Part shown: piece by piece, positions 45,601 through 55,994 of the stretch
How the letters are laid out: each line of letters opens with the position of its first letter
Position numbering within the stretch: position 1 is the first letter of the stretch
Virus record (IMG/VR): IMGVR_UViG_3300046003_007336
Coordinates: 64,001 to 128,000 of that record
DNA from: a virus
DNA length: 64,000 nt
Strand: one strand, 5' to 3'
The notes under the pieces: model-generated
Database searches by the model: none
Told to the model about the DNA's origin: nothing
Seen by the model: only the letters and a program-made list of their open reading frames with translations
Made by a program: the position numbers and the translations under genes

Positions 45601-48600
45601 GCCATGGTGGTGGTGCCGATGGTATCGCCGGATTTCAGAGCGAACGCCGACGCGTGGTTACCGTCCAGGAGATCGGCGTCGAGGCCGGAGCCCGAGCCAT
45701 CGTTGCCATTGTCCCATACAATTCTCCACGCCTGCCAAGAGTTCGAGTTTTTTCCTCGAAGGGCGATTTGACCAGTGCGGTAGTCGCCGAATATTTGGTG
45801 CTGCCATGTGCTGTCGTAAACCTGACTGTAGAGCGCACCATCGGTTTGGCCGAGAAGCGACATGCTACCGACATAGCTGATACCGTTCTTTGCCAGAGTG
45901 TCGGCAGCGACGCCGCCACCGGAGTTGGTATTGGAGAAATCACCGGCATGGACGACCTTGTTACCATTGACCTGGAGGGCAGTAGAGAGGTCGAAGTTGG
46001 CCGTCGTGGCTTGAACACCCGACCGAGAAATTATCAATGCGCTCTGGGACGAAGCCCAGGCATCATTGATGAGTAGAAGATGAAGTTGATCTCCGTTTTG
46101 GGCAAGGGCGGAATATCTATTGTTGGCCGTCCCATCAGAATCATACATCGAGTAATACGGGTAGGCTGAGTTTGACGCCACTCCACCCGTAAACGTGACG
46201 TTTCCTGAAATCGTGCCGCCCGCTGTCGGAGAGAAAGCGTCCGTGATTCCGTAACCGGCCAGCGTCGTCGGGTTGGTTCCCGCAGTCACAATACCCTGTG
46301 CGTTGACGGTCACGCTCCGATAGGTCGAGGCAGTGACGCCAGACGTCGGGAGGTCACCGTTCGCAATAGCAGAAGCCGACCACGTGTCCGTGCCGGTGCG
46401 ACGGACGAAGCCGGTCGTGGCGAGACCTTCGACCGCAGCGAGATCATTCGCGAGAACGAGAGTCGGGTTGCCCGACACACCATCGCCGTTCGAGACGGTG
46501 ATGCCCGCAGCGGGCGCGGTCAGCGTCCGTGAAGCATAGGTGCTCGCACCCGTGCGATGAATGGCCCCATTGGTCGCAAGGTTGTGCAGTGCCAGAGCCT
46601 GACCGGTGAGTTGGAAATCGATTCCCGACTTCGTGATGCCGGTCGAGGCCGTGAATGTGGCCGAGCCACTGAACTGCACCCAGGTGACTGCGGTGGTTTC
46701 GAGCGTTCCTCCGGCATTGACCGTACAGGTCCAGCCCGTGTCTCCTTGGGTCGTTCCTTCTTCGACAAACACATATGCGGATACGAGTTCAGCCCAGGTG
46801 CTCGCGTCAACAGCACGAGCCCAAGCTCCAGCGGCGCAAACATAGATGCCGTTCTGAAGAGTAGATGTTTGGTTCTTGACCAGAACACGATCATTCGCGA
46901 TGACGGCGACGCCATCGATTGTTTGCGTGCCCGACAGAGTGATGTTTGCCGTCGTGGCGACGTGGACGGCGGCCTTCGCGGATAGTCCTTGAATGGAGTT
47001 ATCGACGTATTGCTTGGTCGCGGCCTGGAGGGCACTGGACGGGTCGGACGCCAGGGTGACGCTTCCAGTAAAGGTTACAGCACCAGCGGAAGAAATCGTC
47101 ATCCGACGAGTGAGATTTGTATCAAATCCCAATGCAGCGGAAACGGCGGTTCGAACGACAAATTCCGAGTTTGTGTTGTCGTAGTAAATCGTTGATCTGG
47201 ATGAGTTGTTATTGTAGAAATCAAGGGAGGTATACTGCTCACCTCCGTTATCGACACGAATCGAGTTTGCGTTGCTTCCCTTCACATGGAACTTAGCACC
47301 AGGGGTCGCAATATTAACGCCAACATCACCAGCGTAAGTGATGCTCATTCGGGCATCGGCCAGCGTCGCGGCGGTGTTGTCAGCACCACCGTTGTTGAGG
47401 ATGTGAATCGTACCACGAGCCGCACCATCGCCGATTTGAGCTTGAACGATGGCACTCTTCTGGAATGCGCGGCTGGCCTCGGTGTAGCCGAGGCCGATAC
47501 CGGCAAAGTTCCCCGCCGTGATGTTGAGACCCTGGCTGCCGAACACGGCGAATTGCCCCGTCGTCAAATGGGTGTGCAGTTTAGCCACGGGGGCCGTCGT
47601 GCCAATGCCAACGCTGCCATCGGTCTTGACCCGGACCTTTTCTGACCCGTTAGCCCACAGAGCCAGATCGCTTGATGCTTGGCCGCCAATGAGAGCTAGG
47701 TTGGTATCCCAGGATATGATGCCGTTATTCGCCGATGCACCCCAACGCTGAACGCCGTCTCCAGTGATGGTGATACGGCTGTTCAGGTTTACAGTTGTGT
47801 CACTGCCGGTGCCGCCGTCCACGATGTGGAGCTTGGCTGACGGAGAGACGCCTATGCCGACGTTACCTCCAAAGAAGTTCCTTGCCGCCGTGTCCTCTTG
47901 ATAGAGCCCATACGCTAGGTTGGTCTGCGTACCACCCGTGACATCACCGATGTAAACGCCATAGGTATTCGTGATGATACCAGAGTTGAAAAGCAGGTCT
48001 ACTTTCGCTCCGTAAGCGTTGGTTATTACGCCCGCCGCGTTCAAGTTTTGTATCTCGAACTTCCCAGCGATAGCATTTGTGTTGGTCCCAGCCGTCGTAT
48101 GATAGACAAGGAACCGACCGCCATGCATATTGCTGACCGTCTTAGTGGTCGTTGCGCCGCCCTGGGCCGCGAAATACCCTCCTGTAAAGGTTCCGGTGTA
48201 GTTGAACGCACTGCCGTTCGGGGCAGCTACGAACGAGCCGCCGATAGCTGACTGCGAATTATTTGCCGTGAGTACGACGTTTCGCTGGAAATTCCCTCCG
48301 ACTACCGTGGCGGTAGGGTCAGTAGCGTTGGCGTTTGCCGTGAGAAGAATGTTCGCGTCTACCGCTGTTCCGCCGATGGCGACGTTCCCTGCGAGTTGGG
48401 TAGTCCCGGCGTTCCAAAGCCCGTACCGGTTGGTTATGGTCGTGTTGGTTCCGGCGGTTGCGGAACCTGCGATGTAAACGGTAGCTGCGTTTGTGACCGT
48501 TATGGCGTTTGTTGACGCGAGCGTCGTAGTCCCGAAAGAGTGCCCGGCGCGAGTCGCCACCGTTCCTGCCGCCGCTGTTGTGGTGTCGGTGTAGGTGCTG

Positions 48601-49763
48601 GCGTCTACCGCGAGGCCTAGTCCGGTAGTTGTCCAAGCGGCTGCGGACCTCGCTCCCGAGATGTTGAGCAAGGCTAGAGGCGTGGCTGTACCGATGCCGA
48701 CGTTACCGGTGTCCGTGAACCTAGCGACTTCGACGTTGTTCTTGACGGAGACGATTACATCAGCAGTGCGAGAAATATCGCCATCACCGGCTCGAAGATT
48801 GAGGTCTGAGCCGCCGATTGAATTGAAGTAGATCGAATAGCCCACACTTGACGAGTCGCCGATCTGAAGGGCAGCATACGGGAGGTTGACCGTTGACGCC
48901 GTGCTGGTCGGCAAGCTAAAGAGCGTGGTGGTATTGCTCATGAAGCGGAGACCACGGCCAGATGCAGCTTTCAGGACGCTAAAGCCCGAGCCGTCCGCGT
49001 GGGGCATTGTCACATAACCAAGCGTGTCAACGCCGAAGACTTGTTCTCGACCTACGTTTACCGCAAATTTCTGAGCGGGAGTTCCCCCGATACCGACGTC
49101 TCCGGTTGCGGTGATGCGCATGCGCTCCGCGCCGGTTCCGCTCGAAGAGGTTCGGAACGACAGCGCAGTGGAGCCACCGTTGGACCGCGCCGACATCGTG
49201 AAATCGCCACCAGAGGAGTCCATGGACAGAACGCCAGCGATGGTGGCTGGCTCGGCATAGGTTCCGCCAGTCGTGAATAGCACGTTGCCAGTGAAGGTCG
49301 GCGCCGCAGATGCTGATTTTGCGTCCAGTGCAGTCTGAAGTCCGGTAACGGTAGAGATGGCCTGAACGCCAGTGTGGTTGACCCGAGCCAGCAGAGTGGC
49401 GTCGGAGGAGTTGGCGGTCGCGCCGGTTGCGATGCCATTGAGCTTGGTCTTGTCAGCAGCCGAGAGGAAACCATCAACCGACGTGGTTGCCGCAGCGTGG
49501 ACGTGTGACGAGACCGAATACGACCCCGCCGCCTGTTTGCCGTCCAGCGCGGCCTGAAGACCAGTGACCGTTGATATCGCTTGCTCGCCAGTGTGGTTGG
49601 CGCGAGCCAGAAGAGTGGCGTTAGACGAGTTGGCGGTCGCGCCAGCCGCAATACCGTCGAGCTTCGTTTTGTCGGCCGCCGAAAGGAAACCGTCAGTCGA
49701 AGTGGTGGCGACGACCAGGGTGCTGGTTAGGCCAGTGACGTCGGTAATATTGATCTTCTGCAT
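42678..49763 (-). CDS. long tail fibre (2361 aa) with C-terminal S74 intramolecular chaperone
   Basis: GNVGIGT repeats, repeated DG.GSGLDADLLDG, SDARLKEN...YERLVP..V.GIKEL; TAAATA at 49769-49774. Confidence 0.9.
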   Translation of the reverse strand: MQKINITDVTGLTSTLVVATTSTDGFLSAADKTKLDGIAAGATANSSNATLLARANHTGEQAISTVTGLQAALDGKQAAGSYSVSSHVHAAATTSVDGFLSAADKTKLNGIATGATANSSDATLLARVNHTGVQAISTVTGLQTALDAKSASAAPTFTGNVLFTTGGTYAEPATIAGVLSMDSSGGDFTMSARSNGGSTALSFRTSSSGTGAERMRITATGDVGIGGTPAQKFAVNVGREQVFGVDTLGYVTMPHADGSGFSVLKAASGRGLRFMSNTTTLFSLPTSTASTVNLPYAALQIGDSSSVGYSIYFNSIGGSDLNLRAGDGDISRTADVIVSVKNNVEVARFTDTGNVGIGTATPLALLNISGARSAAAWTTTGLGLAVDASTYTDTTTAAAGTVATRAGHSFGTTTLASTNAITVTNAATVYIAGSATAGTNTTITNRYGLWNAGTTQLAGNVAIGGTAVDANILLTANANATDPTATVVGGNFQRNVVLTANNSQSAIGGSFVAAPNGSAFNYTGTFTGGYFAAQGGATTTKTVSNMHGGRFLVYHTTAGTNTNAIAGKFEIQNLNAAGVITNAYGAKVDLLFNSGIITNTYGVYIGDVTGGTQTNLAYGLYQEDTAARNFFGGNVGIGVSPSAKLHIVDGGTGSDTTVNLNSRITITGDGVQRWGASANNGIISWDTNLALIGGQASSDLALWANGSEKVRVKTDGSVGIGTTAPVAKLHTHLTTGQFAVFGSQGLNITAGNFAGIGLGYTEASRAFQKSAIVQAQIGDGAARGTIHILNNGGADNTAATLADARMSITYAGDVGVNIATPGAKFHVKGSNANSIRVDNGGEQYTSLDFYNNNSSRSTIYYDNTNSEFVVRTAVSAALGFDTNLTRRMTISSAGAVTFTGSVTLASDPSSALQAATKQYVDNSIQGLSAKAAVHVATTANITLSGTQTIDGVAVIANDRVLVKNQTSTLQNGIYVCAAGAWARAVDASTWAELVSAYVFVEEGTTQGDTGWTCTVNAGGTLETTAVTWVQFSGSATFTASTGITKSGIDFQLTGQALALHNLATNGAIHRTGASTYASRTLTAPAAGITVSNGDGVSGNPTLVLANDLAAVEGLATTGFVRRTGTDTWSASAIANGDLPTSGVTASTYRSVTVNAQGIVTAGTNPTTLAGYGITDAFSPTAGGTISGNVTFTGGVASNSAYPYYSMYDSDGTANNRYSALAQNGDQLHLLLINDAWASSQSALIISRSGVQATTANFDLSTALQVNGNKVVHAGDFSNTNSGGGVAADTLAKNGISYVGSMSLLGQTDGALYSQVYDSTWQHQIFGDYRTGQIALRGKNSNSWQAWRIVWDNGNDGSGSGLDADLLDGNHASAFALKSGDTIGTTTMAAANSAQGLLLKSGSATGTWLAYYSDAAAQSTRSGYVGYGGSSSPHFHIYNERSAGNIELYTTGGGALRINSSTIWHAGNDGSGSGLDADLLDGQQGSYYATTGGNTFTGQQYVNTSGTQILAGSGNGYVMMGQRQSATESVALVGVGYSSIGLQLGYGVKTSTSSTGFVSSYSGTLGRSIIDVAGDIRFFTASAQAVTVDTAITMTERMRVDAAGAVLINTASQMAGVTSAKLTVVQTAGTADWAAVVKGGTTSSQSYGVLVDAGTNSSDYSMLLRNSSSAALLTVRGNGEIVASNIIKSTNGLADYGIPAGATYSSRYVSPGGGAYTTGTSSVTGAIKIRLPNLHSNAMLRMRVEVYNYSTGTAETFVISGYPYSATWANVSAEQYTDSGTVKKSVRFGNDGTKNCIWIGEVGQVWAYPQVFITEFNMGYSGYTSGWDGGWAISFATAFDTVNVTRAAAYHWNSSNDGTGTGLDADLLDGQEGTYYRSATNINAGTLSDSYLPTTMAGKTFSSRVTVALGGGEGVRIANDAAYYSWYNTANSSRNGYIQHSGSTITLANEVTNSNINLTTTGTGTVRINANTAWHAGNDGSGSTLDADLLDGYHATSFALLGTASTFTKPQIISSDVPGNDWTNFGLQIREVGLVGVAQSSGSYDPSIAFHWSGRDVNRLHMNASGVLMWGVATIWNSTNDGAGSGLDADLLDGYSSSTTSDTASTVPVRDGSGFMNQRVVRNSSGAVTDGMYIGYGNAGGTGSATRIYGGGSSNIGLYVNATNLTWYDGTTQQPLWFNGGIPVGAWQKSTDGYNRFNFSSGSTTFFSSPDNYAWRNYLDVSILTMTSGGTLAAAGDITAYSSDARLKENVREIEDPLGKISQIGGYVFDWRKELVDELGFTPYQYEDEHGFLAQEIQKIMPDAVRPAPFNDKYLTVKYERLVPLAVAGIKELTTKNAALEAKIADLESKLDRILGMLEQKV

Positions 49764-49792
49764 AGGACTATTTATGGCGCGAGGCCAAGGAG

Positions 49793-52700
49793 TTAGTCGC
49801 GGAGCAAGAAGGCAATATCAGCGAGCGTCGAATCTACGCTGACTGGTGCATGGATGGTGATTAGGTCACCGGCAGCAACGCTCGTGCTGGAATACGCCAC
49901 GGTCCCCGTCGTTCCTGCTGCTGAGAACGTGATAGTTCCGACCTGTGAATTGTTTTTCTTGATCACAAACACGGTAGAGGCAGTTGCCGCAACCAGAGAG
50001 CGGGCCGACGAGTTGGCCGCCGAGAACGTGAACGTGTAGGGGGCGATTTGACCATCCACGACCTGGGACGTGGTCGGCTTGCCGGAATGGAACGACGACA
50101 GCAGGACGTCTTCGATCAAGGCGTAGTTGCCCAGAAGACGAGCCGAGACGACGTCTCCGTTGAGCGGCGTGGTCACCATGGTGAGGTTTTCGCCCGACAC
50201 CGTGTAGTCAGTCGTGGGTCGCTGAACGATGCCGTTCACGGTTACGATGATGAGGTCGGCTGTGGTTCCGGTGGCATCGAGATCGAAGACGCTTACGATG
50301 CCATCTGCGGTGAATGTTTTGGTGAATGGGGTCCCGAGACCAACATCGACGTTACCAGCACCATCGGGTGCCAGCCCGTTGATGGTCTGGATACGGAGAC
50401 CGAGTTCGGTCGTGAGGCTTGAGACATCCGAGATGCCAATCGATAGAGCGGTCTTGAGCGAACCAGCCGAGATGGCGCCCTGGAGACCAGCGACGCTAAC
50501 GACCTGATCGGTGTTGTCGATTTTTTCCCAGACCGTGCCATTGCTGACAATCCAGTCGCCGATCTTCCAATCCGTGATGCCATCCTTGGCAGTCGAACCA
50601 GCGGTACTGACGACGTAATAGTTGCCTTTGTTTCCTGTCGCCGCTGCGGGGATTGTCGGAGAATCGGTGGTGGCATTCCACGTGCCCTGATAGCGCATTG
50701 CACCCAGAACCGTATCGGGCAGATAGGCGGTCGAAATTTTTGCATCGCCACCGAGCGGCGCGTAGCCGTTGGCCTGACCTTTTTCTGACGAAAGCTGTGC
50801 ATCCGAGATGTTGTATCCGGCCAGCGTTGTGGGCTTGCCGGTGATGGAAGCGAAGGACGGCGTGATCGTGACTGTACCAGCGGCGGTAATCTGCCCCTTG
50901 GCGTTGACGGTGAAGGTCGGAGCAGCGGTAGCGGACCCGAAAGAACCCACGTTCGAGTTGACAGTGGCCAGGGTCGTGGCGCCGCTGCCAGCAGACGTCG
51001 TGATGTCACCAGACAGCGCGGGCAGTCGAGCGGTCGAAAGCGTTCCGGTGGCGTTGGTGAGATCGAGGTAGTAGGCACCATGCTGGCCATCCAGGAGATC
51101 GGCATCGAGCGTTGAGCCCGTTCCGTCGTTGCCTGCGTGCCACATCGTGTTCACGCCTACGAACGGAACTACCGCAAACGTGACCTGTCCGGTCGCCCGC
51201 GAAATCGACATCGTGTTGAATGTTTGAGTCCCGGCGTCATTGTAGGCGAGTAGGTTGAAGGTGGAACCGGCCGACGAGCCACTTTCTGCTCCGGCATCAA
51301 CTGTCATGTTCCATCGGCGAGTTCCGCTGGTCTGCCATTCGATGGCGCGATGCTGACCAGCAGGCGCGGTCAGATTGAGGACGGCTCGACCCGAGGTAGA
51401 GATCGTCAGCGCATCCGTGAGGGTGCCGCCAGACAGCGGAAGGGCATCAGTGATGCCGTATCCCGTCAGCGTGGTGGGCTTGCTCGTGATCGAAGACCAC
51501 GCAGGCGTGATGGTCGTCGCCGAGGCAGCAGTGATGAGACCCTTGGCGTTGACGGTGAAGGTGGCGGTCTGAGTGGCAGAGCCAAACGAGCCCACATTGG
51601 AGTTCACGGTCGCGAGGGTGATGGCCGTCGCGCCAGCGACAGTAGACGCATCACCGCTGAAGGCGGGCATGCGAGCAGCCGCAACGGTGCCGGTCAGGTT
51701 TGCGGCAGCGAGATAATAGGGCCCATCCTGGCCATCTAGGAGGTCAGCATCGAGACCGGAGGTCGCGCCGTCCACGGTGATGAGTTTGGCGAGCACGTCG
51801 GCAGCCGTGTAGGTCGATACCGAGACCGCGTCTGTGATGCCGTATCCCGATAGAGTGGTGGGCTTGCTCGTGATGGAAGACCACGCCGGGGTGATCGTGA
51901 CCGAGCCCGCTGCGGTGATGAGACCCTTGGCATTGACGGTGAAGGTCGAAGCAGCGGTAGCGGAGCCGAACGAACCAGTGTTGGCGTTCACTGTCGCGAG
52001 AGTGGTTGCGACTGTTCCGACCGTAGTCGTGATGTCGCCAGTCAGGGCGGGTAGACGGGCCGCCGCCAGGGTTCCGGTGACGTTGGTTAGATCGAGATAG
52101 TAGGTCCCGTTTTGGTTATCGAGAAGATCGGCATTTAGGCCAGAGCCGGGACCATCATTATTGGCGTGCCAAAGGCCCGCACCACCCACCGTTGGCGTAT
52201 TGGCGAAGTTTACGATCTCCGCGTTGCTGATATCCATCACGATGCTCTGCGTCGCGAATGTCACCGGGTTAGCGGTGTTGTGGCGGATATAGAACGAGCC
52301 ACTGTTGAGGTTTATCGTCCAACCACCAATGGGAGCAGTTTGGTCATTCTCGATAAACTTGATTCCAGGAACCACACCAGTGATGGTCTGAATTTCAGTG
52401 AAAATGTTGGCTACGCCCAAACCCGCCGAGTCGGTTATGCCGTATCCAGACAGCGTGGTGGGTTTGCTCGTGATCGATGACCACGCCGGAGTGATCGTGA
52501 CTGTGCCAGCGGCAGTGATGAGTCCTTTGGCATTGACCGTGAAAGTAGGCGCGGCAGTAGCGGAGCCGAAGGAACCCACATTGGAGTTGACGGTCGCGAG
52601 AGTGGTGGCCGCGCTTCCTGCGGACGTCGTGATGTCGCCAGTCAGGGCAGGCAGGCGGGCAGCCGCAAGGTTCCCGGTCAAGTTCCCGGCGTCGTTGAAG

Positions 52701-54469
52701 GCCGGGTTGTCCAACTGAGTGGCCCGGATGATCGACGCAGTTTCGGCCGAGTAGAAAATCACCGTCACGGCGTTCGGTGCCGTGTTGATCACCGGGGCAA
52801 CGGTGAAGACCCAGTTGGCTCCGAAGGTCAGAGCGCGACCACCAGTGACATCCTGCTTGTAGATCACGACACCCGAACGTCCGGTGATGACGTTGGTCGG
52901 GTTGGCGAGAAGACGGGTGTTGCCGATTCCCGAGGTAGCGGTCAGAATCCAGTTGACGCCAGACTGCATGTCGATGGTGACGGTGGCGCCATCGGTGAGG
53001 GTGACTGGCTGATCTTGGGCCGCCAGACCAGAGGGCGAAACCACCGTGGTGGTGCTGGAGCCAGCGCGGACGACAGAGTTGGCAGCCACCGGGAGTTGGG
53101 CGATTGGAACGAGACCAGACGCCAGAGAGGCGTAGCCGTTGGTCGCTCCCTTGTTTGCTGCGTTCTCGGGCGTGAACCCCAGCGCGGCTGTGATATCACC
53201 GTTGACGAAGTTGAGCGCGGTCTTGAGGCCCGAATCCGTGATGACGCCGGTCAGTCCAGCGACGCTGATCACGGCGTCGGTGTTGTCAATCTTGTTCCAG
53301 GTTGTGCCGTTGCTGATCAGCCAATCACCGCTCAGCCAATCGGTGATTCCACTGATCGAGGTGGAGCCGCCCGTGGCGACGATGTAGTATTCGCCCTTGT
53401 TGGTCGAGGACGCAGCCGGAATGGTCGGAGTATTGGTATTCGCGTTCCAGGTCCCCATGTATCGCAGGGCACCGAGGACGACGTCCGGGAGATAGGTGGT
53501 GGCGATCTTGGAGTCGGCGCCGAGTGGGGCGTAGCCGTTGGCTTGACCCTTCTCGGAGATGGGTTGGGCATCGGTAATTCCGTAGCCGACCAGCGTCGTG
53601 GGCTTTGATGTAATCGAGTTCCACGCGGGGGTGATGGTTGCCGACCCAGCCGAGGTGATCAATCCCTTGGCGTTGACGGTGAAGATCGGAGCGGCAGTGG
53701 CGGAGCCAAAGGAACCCACGTTGGTGTTCACCGTCGTGAGCGTGAGAGTGGCGGAACCAGTTGAAGAAGAGATGTCGCCAGTCAGGGCAGGCAGGCGAGC
53801 AGCCGCCAGCGTTCCGGTCAGGTTTGCGGCACTGAGATAGTAGGCTGCACTCTGCCCATCCAGGAGATCAGCATCGAGACCAGAGCCCGTACCGTCTACG
53901 GTGAGGAGCTTGGACAGAACATCCGCCGCAGTATAGGACGAGGCCGTGACTGCATCCGTGATGCCATAGCCGGAAAGCGTCGTGGGCGTGCTCGTAATAG
54001 AAGACCACGCGGGGGTGATGGTTACCGAACCAGCGGCGGTGATCAACCCTTTGGCGTTAACGGTGAAGGTCGGCGCGGCAGTGGCGGAACCAAACGAACC
54101 CACATTGGAGTTCACCGTCGCGAGCGTGGTTGACGCTGAACCAACGGTAGTCGTGATGTCTCCGATCAAGGCCGGAAGACGTCCTGCCGCCAGGGTTCCG
54201 ACTAGGTTACCGGCATTGAGGAAGTAGGTGCTGTCCAGTCCATCCAAGAGTGTAGCATCAGCAGCCGTCCCCGTTTCACCGAGGCCGCCGCCGTAGGGCG
54301 CACCCCACCCGGTATCGACGTGCTTGGGTCCGTAGAACTCACCGTTAGTTTTGTTGACGTATATTTCGCCGGGGAAACCCAGGCCGGAAGAGGGCGCCCC
54401 AGTGCCGACACGTATGCCATACGACACGCCGTTCTTGGTAAGTCCTGAAAGATGTGGAATCGCGCTCAT
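49793..54469 (-). CDS. modular tail fibre protein (about 1558 aa)
   Basis: Repeated TVNAKG.IT.A...PTTL.GYGI.DA modules and two Y.GTWNA modules; TAAATA at 54489-54494 argues for start MSAIPH. Confidence 0.88.
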   Translation of the reverse strand: MSAIPHLSGLTKNGVSYGIRVGTGAPSSGLGFPGEIYVNKTNGEFYGPKHVDTGWGAPYGGGLGETGTAADATLLDGLDSTYFLNAGNLVGTLAAGRLPALIGDITTTVGSASTTLATVNSNVGSFGSATAAPTFTVNAKGLITAAGSVTITPAWSSITSTPTTLSGYGITDAVTASSYTAADVLSKLLTVDGTGSGLDADLLDGQSAAYYLSAANLTGTLAAARLPALTGDISSSTGSATLTLTTVNTNVGSFGSATAAPIFTVNAKGLITSAGSATITPAWNSITSKPTTLVGYGITDAQPISEKGQANGYAPLGADSKIATTYLPDVVLGALRYMGTWNANTNTPTIPAASSTNKGEYYIVATGGSTSISGITDWLSGDWLISNGTTWNKIDNTDAVISVAGLTGVITDSGLKTALNFVNGDITAALGFTPENAANKGATNGYASLASGLVPIAQLPVAANSVVRAGSSTTTVVSPSGLAAQDQPVTLTDGATVTIDMQSGVNWILTATSGIGNTRLLANPTNVITGRSGVVIYKQDVTGGRALTFGANWVFTVAPVINTAPNAVTVIFYSAETASIIRATQLDNPAFNDAGNLTGNLAAARLPALTGDITTSAGSAATTLATVNSNVGSFGSATAAPTFTVNAKGLITAAGTVTITPAWSSITSKPTTLSGYGITDSAGLGVANIFTEIQTITGVVPGIKFIENDQTAPIGGWTINLNSGSFYIRHNTANPVTFATQSIVMDISNAEIVNFANTPTVGGAGLWHANNDGPGSGLNADLLDNQNGTYYLDLTNVTGTLAAARLPALTGDITTTVGTVATTLATVNANTGSFGSATAASTFTVNAKGLITAAGSVTITPAWSSITSKPTTLSGYGITDAVSVSTYTAADVLAKLITVDGATSGLDADLLDGQDGPYYLAAANLTGTVAAARMPAFSGDASTVAGATAITLATVNSNVGSFGSATQTATFTVNAKGLITAASATTITPAWSSITSKPTTLTGYGITDALPLSGGTLTDALTISTSGRAVLNLTAPAGQHRAIEWQTSGTRRWNMTVDAGAESGSSAGSTFNLLAYNDAGTQTFNTMSISRATGQVTFAVVPFVGVNTMWHAGNDGTGSTLDADLLDGQHGAYYLDLTNATGTLSTARLPALSGDITTSAGSGATTLATVNSNVGSFGSATAAPTFTVNAKGQITAAGTVTITPSFASITGKPTTLAGYNISDAQLSSEKGQANGYAPLGGDAKISTAYLPDTVLGAMRYQGTWNATTDSPTIPAAATGNKGNYYVVSTAGSTAKDGITDWKIGDWIVSNGTVWEKIDNTDQVVSVAGLQGAISAGSLKTALSIGISDVSSLTTELGLRIQTINGLAPDGAGNVDVGLGTPFTKTFTADGIVSVFDLDATGTTADLIIVTVNGIVQRPTTDYTVSGENLTMVTTPLNGDVVSARLLGNYALIEDVLLSSFHSGKPTTSQVVDGQIAPYTFTFSAANSSARSLVAATASTVFVIKKNNSQVGTITFSAAGTTGTVAYSSTSVAAGDLITIHAPVSVDSTLADIAFLLRD

Positions 54470-54572
54470 GGGGCCCCTTGCTATGGGGTATTTATTCAAA
54501 GCCCGGATATGCTTTTTTACTTGACAAGATTTCCAGAAGAGCTACTTTGCAGTTCAGGAACAGGAGACGACG

Positions 54573-55994
54573 ATGCTTTCGCAGATGACCACCCCGACCA
54601 TCGAAAACGAAATCGCCACGGGCGACCGCACGATCTTCAACATCCCGGAAGCCAACCTGCCCCGCTTCGAGAAGGAAATCGCCTCGCTGAGCAAGCGGTC
54701 GGTTCGCCTGACCGGCTCGCCGATCAAGCCCCACGTTTTCGGTTTCAACATGGTCGAGCGCGCCGATGGCACCGCCACCAAGGTCTATGAAGTCTACCTG
54801 ATGGCCGATGCGCCGAAGGTCTCGGGCTTCACCTTCGTGGCCCGCATCGACCACACCAATGAGACCGGCAACATCATCCGTTCGGTTCCCAACACGGGCG
54901 CCATGGTCCCGGACTACTACCGCACCGCCCAGCCGAACTGCGATCATTGCGGCCACAAGCGGATGCGCCGCGACACCTTCCTGGTTCGCGAAGACGCGAC
55001 CGGTGAGTTCAAGCAAATCGGCTCCACCTGCCTGACCGATTTCTTCGAAGGCCAGGACCCGGCCAAGATCGCCCGTCTGGCCGAGTACCTCGGCTATGCC
55101 CGCGAAATCGGCGACGCCCTCGAAGGCAACGGCGAAGCCTCGCTGAACGACCGCCGCTGGATTTCCCTTGAGGCGTTCCTCCAGAATGCTGCCGCCATGG
55201 TTCGCGTCCTCGGCTGGGTGTCGGGCAAGGCCGCCTATAACGACCCGAGCCTGACTGCGACCAAGATCAGCACCATGCAGAACATGTTCACCACCGGCTA
55301 CCGCGAGCCCATCACGGCGGCCGATGAAGCCACCGCCGAGGCCGCTCTGGCTTGGGCCCGTTCGCTGGGCGAGAAGGCCGACCCGAGCGAGTTCGAACAC
55401 AACGTCGCCGTCGTCGCCAACGCGACCTATATGGAAGCCCGGTCGGAAGGCATCGCCGCCGCCATCGTGGGCTGCTACCTGCGTGAGCAGCAGAAGTCCC
55501 GCACGGCCAAGGGCCCGATTCAGGTCGGCAGCCTCGAAGGTCTGGTCGCCCTGTTCGACCGTGCCGCCGCCTCGAAGGTGAAGGGCCCCGGCATCACCCA
55601 ACGGAAGGTGAAGATTCGCCTGCAACTGCCGGACAAGAAGCGCATCGTGCTCGACATGGCTGGCCCGACCGCCAAGGCCCCCGGCACCCTGAACGTCACG
55701 GACGGTCGCCCCTTCGGCGAAAACATCTGGTATGGCCGCGTGACCCGCGACGGCGCCTTCTCGGCCTCCCCCCGTGCGGCCGACGCCGATGTGGTTTCGA
55801 TCACCGTCCTGCTGGCCGCGATGGCTGCTGACCCGGCCGCCACCGCCGCCGCCTACGGTCACGCCACGGGCAACTGCTGCTTCTGCTCCATCGCCCTGAC
55901 CGACAAGCGGTCGGTGGACGTCGGCTACGGCCCCCACTGCGCCGACCGCATGGGTCTGCCGTGGGGAAACAAGCGCATCGCGGAGAGCGTCTGA
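54573..55994 (+). CDS. 473-aa protein with N-terminal Zn-binding region and C-terminal DUF6011-like domain
   Basis: CDHC...GSTC; C..C...LTD..S...GYGP.CA; TTGACA promoter at 54521, AGGAG SD. Confidence 0.8.
   Translation: MLSQMTTPTIENEIATGDRTIFNIPEANLPRFEKEIASLSKRSVRLTGSPIKPHVFGFNMVERADGTATKVYEVYLMADAPKVSGFTFVARIDHTNETGNIIRSVPNTGAMVPDYYRTAQPNCDHCGHKRMRRDTFLVREDATGEFKQIGSTCLTDFFEGQDPAKIARLAEYLGYAREIGDALEGNGEASLNDRRWISLEAFLQNAAAMVRVLGWVSGKAAYNDPSLTATKISTMQNMFTTGYREPITAADEATAEAALAWARSLGEKADPSEFEHNVAVVANATYMEARSEGIAAAIVGCYLREQQKSRTAKGPIQVGSLEGLVALFDRAAASKVKGPGITQRKVKIRLQLPDKKRIVLDMAGPTAKAPGTLNVTDGRPFGENIWYGRVTRDGAFSASPRAADADVVSITVLLAAMAADPAATAAAYGHATGNCCFCSIALTDKRSVDVGYGPHCADRMGLPWGNKRIAESV

Noticed and set aside
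42678-54469. CRISPR array or DGR template/variable repeats
   Set aside because: Repeats are in-frame protein modules without unique spacers or adenine-specific divergence; no RT or cas gene in window
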